This document shows positions 54,099 through 55,556 of a stretch of DNA of 55,556 nucleotides, in pieces. The position numbers and the translations under genes are program-made. Within the stretch, counting starts at the first letter, position 1. Each line of letters begins with the position of its first letter. The notes beneath the pieces were generated by a model. The model was not told the DNA's origin, did not search any database, and saw only the letters and a list, made by a program, of their open reading frames with translations. The stretch is from a virus (taxonomy: Duplodnaviria; Caudoviricetes). The stretch lies in IMG/VR virus record IMGVR_UViG_3300020043_002100, positions 1 to 55,556 of that record; one strand, given 5' to 3'.

Positions 54099-54380
54099 TT
54101 ACTTACCTTTTTTTTTCGGTACAATAGGCTTGGAAGAAGATGCAAATTTACCCTTTTTAGCATATGTCTTTGCAGACTTACTACCAGAACGCACAGTTGT
54201 GTACTCTGTACCAAGTTTTTCGTCTGTGGTGCCATACTTTTTACCTGCAGCAGAGATTTCTCGCCCTGTACCAAACTCAACACCTCCTTTTTGTGTGACT
54301 TTGCGCTTTGCTTTTGGGCTAACCAAAGCAGCACTTGAGCCGGAGCGTCCTGAATATTTAGTTACAAATTTATCAGCCAT
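54099..54380 (-). CDS. Small basic protein
   Basis: 93 aa, Lys/Ser-rich. Confidence 0.65.
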   Translation of the reverse strand: MADKFVTKYSGRSGSSAALVSPKAKRKVTQKGGVEFGTGREISAAGKKYGTTDEKLGTEYTTVRSGSKSAKTYAKKGKFASSSKPIVPKKKGK

Positions 54381-54382
54381 GA

Positions 54383-54562
54383 TTACTTTCCTTTTTGCTT
54401 CTTGACTTTACCCGCTTGGCTAAGCGCAATAGCGATAGCTTGCTTGGGATTCTTTACAGTGGGAGCTTTTCGTGGCCCCTTACCATCTGGGTCTTTACCT
54501 GCGTGTAGCTTACCTGCTTTGAACTCTTTCATCACAGCAGAAACTTTATTTGACTTCTTCAT
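54383..54562 (-). CDS. DUF6496-like small basic protein (59 aa, not in ORF track)
   Basis: MKKSNKVSAVMKEFKAGKLHAG...VKNPKQAIAIALSQAG; AAAAGGA RBS. Confidence 0.7.
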   Translation of the reverse strand: MKKSNKVSAVMKEFKAGKLHAGKDPDGKGPRKAPTVKNPKQAIAIALSQAGKVKKQKGK

Positions 54563-54573
54563 TGTAGTTCCTT

Positions 54574-54810
54574 TTATAGTGGTACATTAACACTACAGCC
54601 ACCTACTACAGTAGCCACAAAGTCAATAGGATCAGGTACAGCGTCTATAGCTTCCTTTGCTGCTCCCGCTACGATAGCAGAGACACAACCAAGCTCCCTG
54701 CTATCTGTAACTTCTGTTACTACTTGGCTTATAGCTAGTCCTGCACCAAAGTGTAACGCTTTGTCACAGCCTGTTACAGCAAGTAGAGCCATTAGTAGTA
54801 ATGTACGCAT
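54574..54810 (-). CDS. Lipoprotein, YfiM-like
   Basis: MRTLLLMALLAVTG|C lipobox; DKALHF and GAAKE..D motifs. Confidence 0.6.
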   Translation of the reverse strand: MRTLLLMALLAVTGCDKALHFGAGLAISQVVTEVTDSRELGCVSAIVAGAAKEAIDAVPDPIDFVATVVGGCSVNVPL

Positions 54811-54811
54811 G

Positions 54812-55123
54812 TTACACATTGTAAGCTACACGCTGCAGATTGTTTTCAGCTAAAGTTGCTGTCCAGTGGTCATATGGCATAACAGTGTCGTTGAAGCTAT
54901 GTACCATTACACTAAGCAAAGGAGCAGCTTCTGGTGGGGGGTTTTCCATTAGTAGCAGAAACCCCGGACCTACTTCGGCGCAGCAGCCCCAATGCGTTGC
55001 AGGCTCGCTACCAGAGGCGGACAGAGGCACAGAGAAGTTGCCTTCGCCCCACCCCTGCGCGACCCCGAATGCGTTACCAGCGTTGCGATATGCGGCTGGC
55101 AGGATCAAAACTGCACTGGTCAT
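54812..55123 (-). CDS. Hypothetical protein (tail-associated module)
   Basis: 103 aa; NFSVPLSASG.EPATHWGC. Confidence 0.65.
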   Translation of the reverse strand: MTSAVLILPAAYRNAGNAFGVAQGWGEGNFSVPLSASGSEPATHWGCCAEVGPGFLLLMENPPPEAAPLLSVMVHSFNDTVMPYDHWTATLAENNLQRVAYNV

Positions 55124-55556
55124 AGCGTCACCTCCGGCGTGTTGCGGGAAAGCAGGCTTTCGACCCGTGCGATGGTAGCGGCGTCAAGGTTCGGCCCAAA
55201 GCGGACAGCATGGCCGAAGTCATAGCCGTTGAATGGCAGCGTGGTGCCGCCACGGGCGTAGATATAGGCGGGGTAGGCTAAGTAGTTGCCTGTGCCTTGG
55301 TCGTTCGCAGATGTTGCAACCTGCAACCCATTAATGCGGAGTAGGCACCTATCGGTGGAGATATCCGCTTCTGCCGATACAATGCCAGTTACAGGCGCGC
55401 TGTAAGTCGTGGATGTTACATCAGCAGCAGACGACGACGTACCCTTCACAAACCACCTAAATTTGTTTGCACCACCCGCCGAAGGTGCAAACAAAGTAAA
55501 TGCTCCGTTATTAGCGTCTATTGTTGCGCTATGCTCAATGACCACAGCAGTCGCCG
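55120..55556 (-). CDS. C-terminal part of probable tail/receptor-binding protein (LamG-like), truncated by window edge
   Basis: Beta-rich LRING...IYARGG...FNG; frame appears to continue past the window end. Confidence 0.55.
   Translation of the reverse strand, partial: ATAVVIEHSATIDANNGAFTLFAPSAGGANKFRWFVKGTSSSAADVTSTTYSAPVTGIVSAEADISTDRCLLRINGLQVATSANDQGTGNYLAYPAYIYARGGTTLPFNGYDFGHAVRFGPNLDAATIARVESLLSRNTPEVTL

Noticed and set aside
53258-54400. Shared C-terminal KGK as a protein signal
   Set aside because: More simply explained by the next gene's RBS (AAAGGTAA/AAAGGAAA) overlapping the last codons.

Overview
This window is most of a podovirus genome with the hallmarks of HMO-2011-type phages, which infect Alphaproteobacteria: a PolA carrying a DnaJ-like CxxC insert, a tyrosine integrase ahead of the replication genes, ThyX, a class II (B12) ribonucleotide reductase, PhoH and glutaredoxin. 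It has two convergent arms meeting at a hairpin near 27.59 kb: early and replication genes on + (1-27.6 kb), and packaging and structural genes on - (27.6-55.6 kb). The most striking feature is seven self-splicing elements in five essential genes. Four are LAGLIDADG inteins (helicase, PolA, RNR ending in Gln, large terminase). Three are group I introns: one in polA and two in the major capsid gene, one of which encodes a LAGLIDADG endonuclease between P7 and P3'. I placed the splice sites by hand and they restore conserved motifs and reading frames. Other candidates include an array of paralogous 'K/N-V-G-D-x-V' small early proteins with a repeated ACTACGATCAT motif, and possible anti-defence genes (SAM-lyase-like, HhH glycosylase, stand-alone ligase Ia domain, Acb2/Tad1-like). 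There is also a tRNA-Thr followed by an interrupted tRNA-Trp-like RNA, a recurring (M/Y/F/R)-A-x-G-G motif in several late proteins, and a two-copy operator-like palindrome. All family assignments come from motifs recognised by eye; no database search was run.
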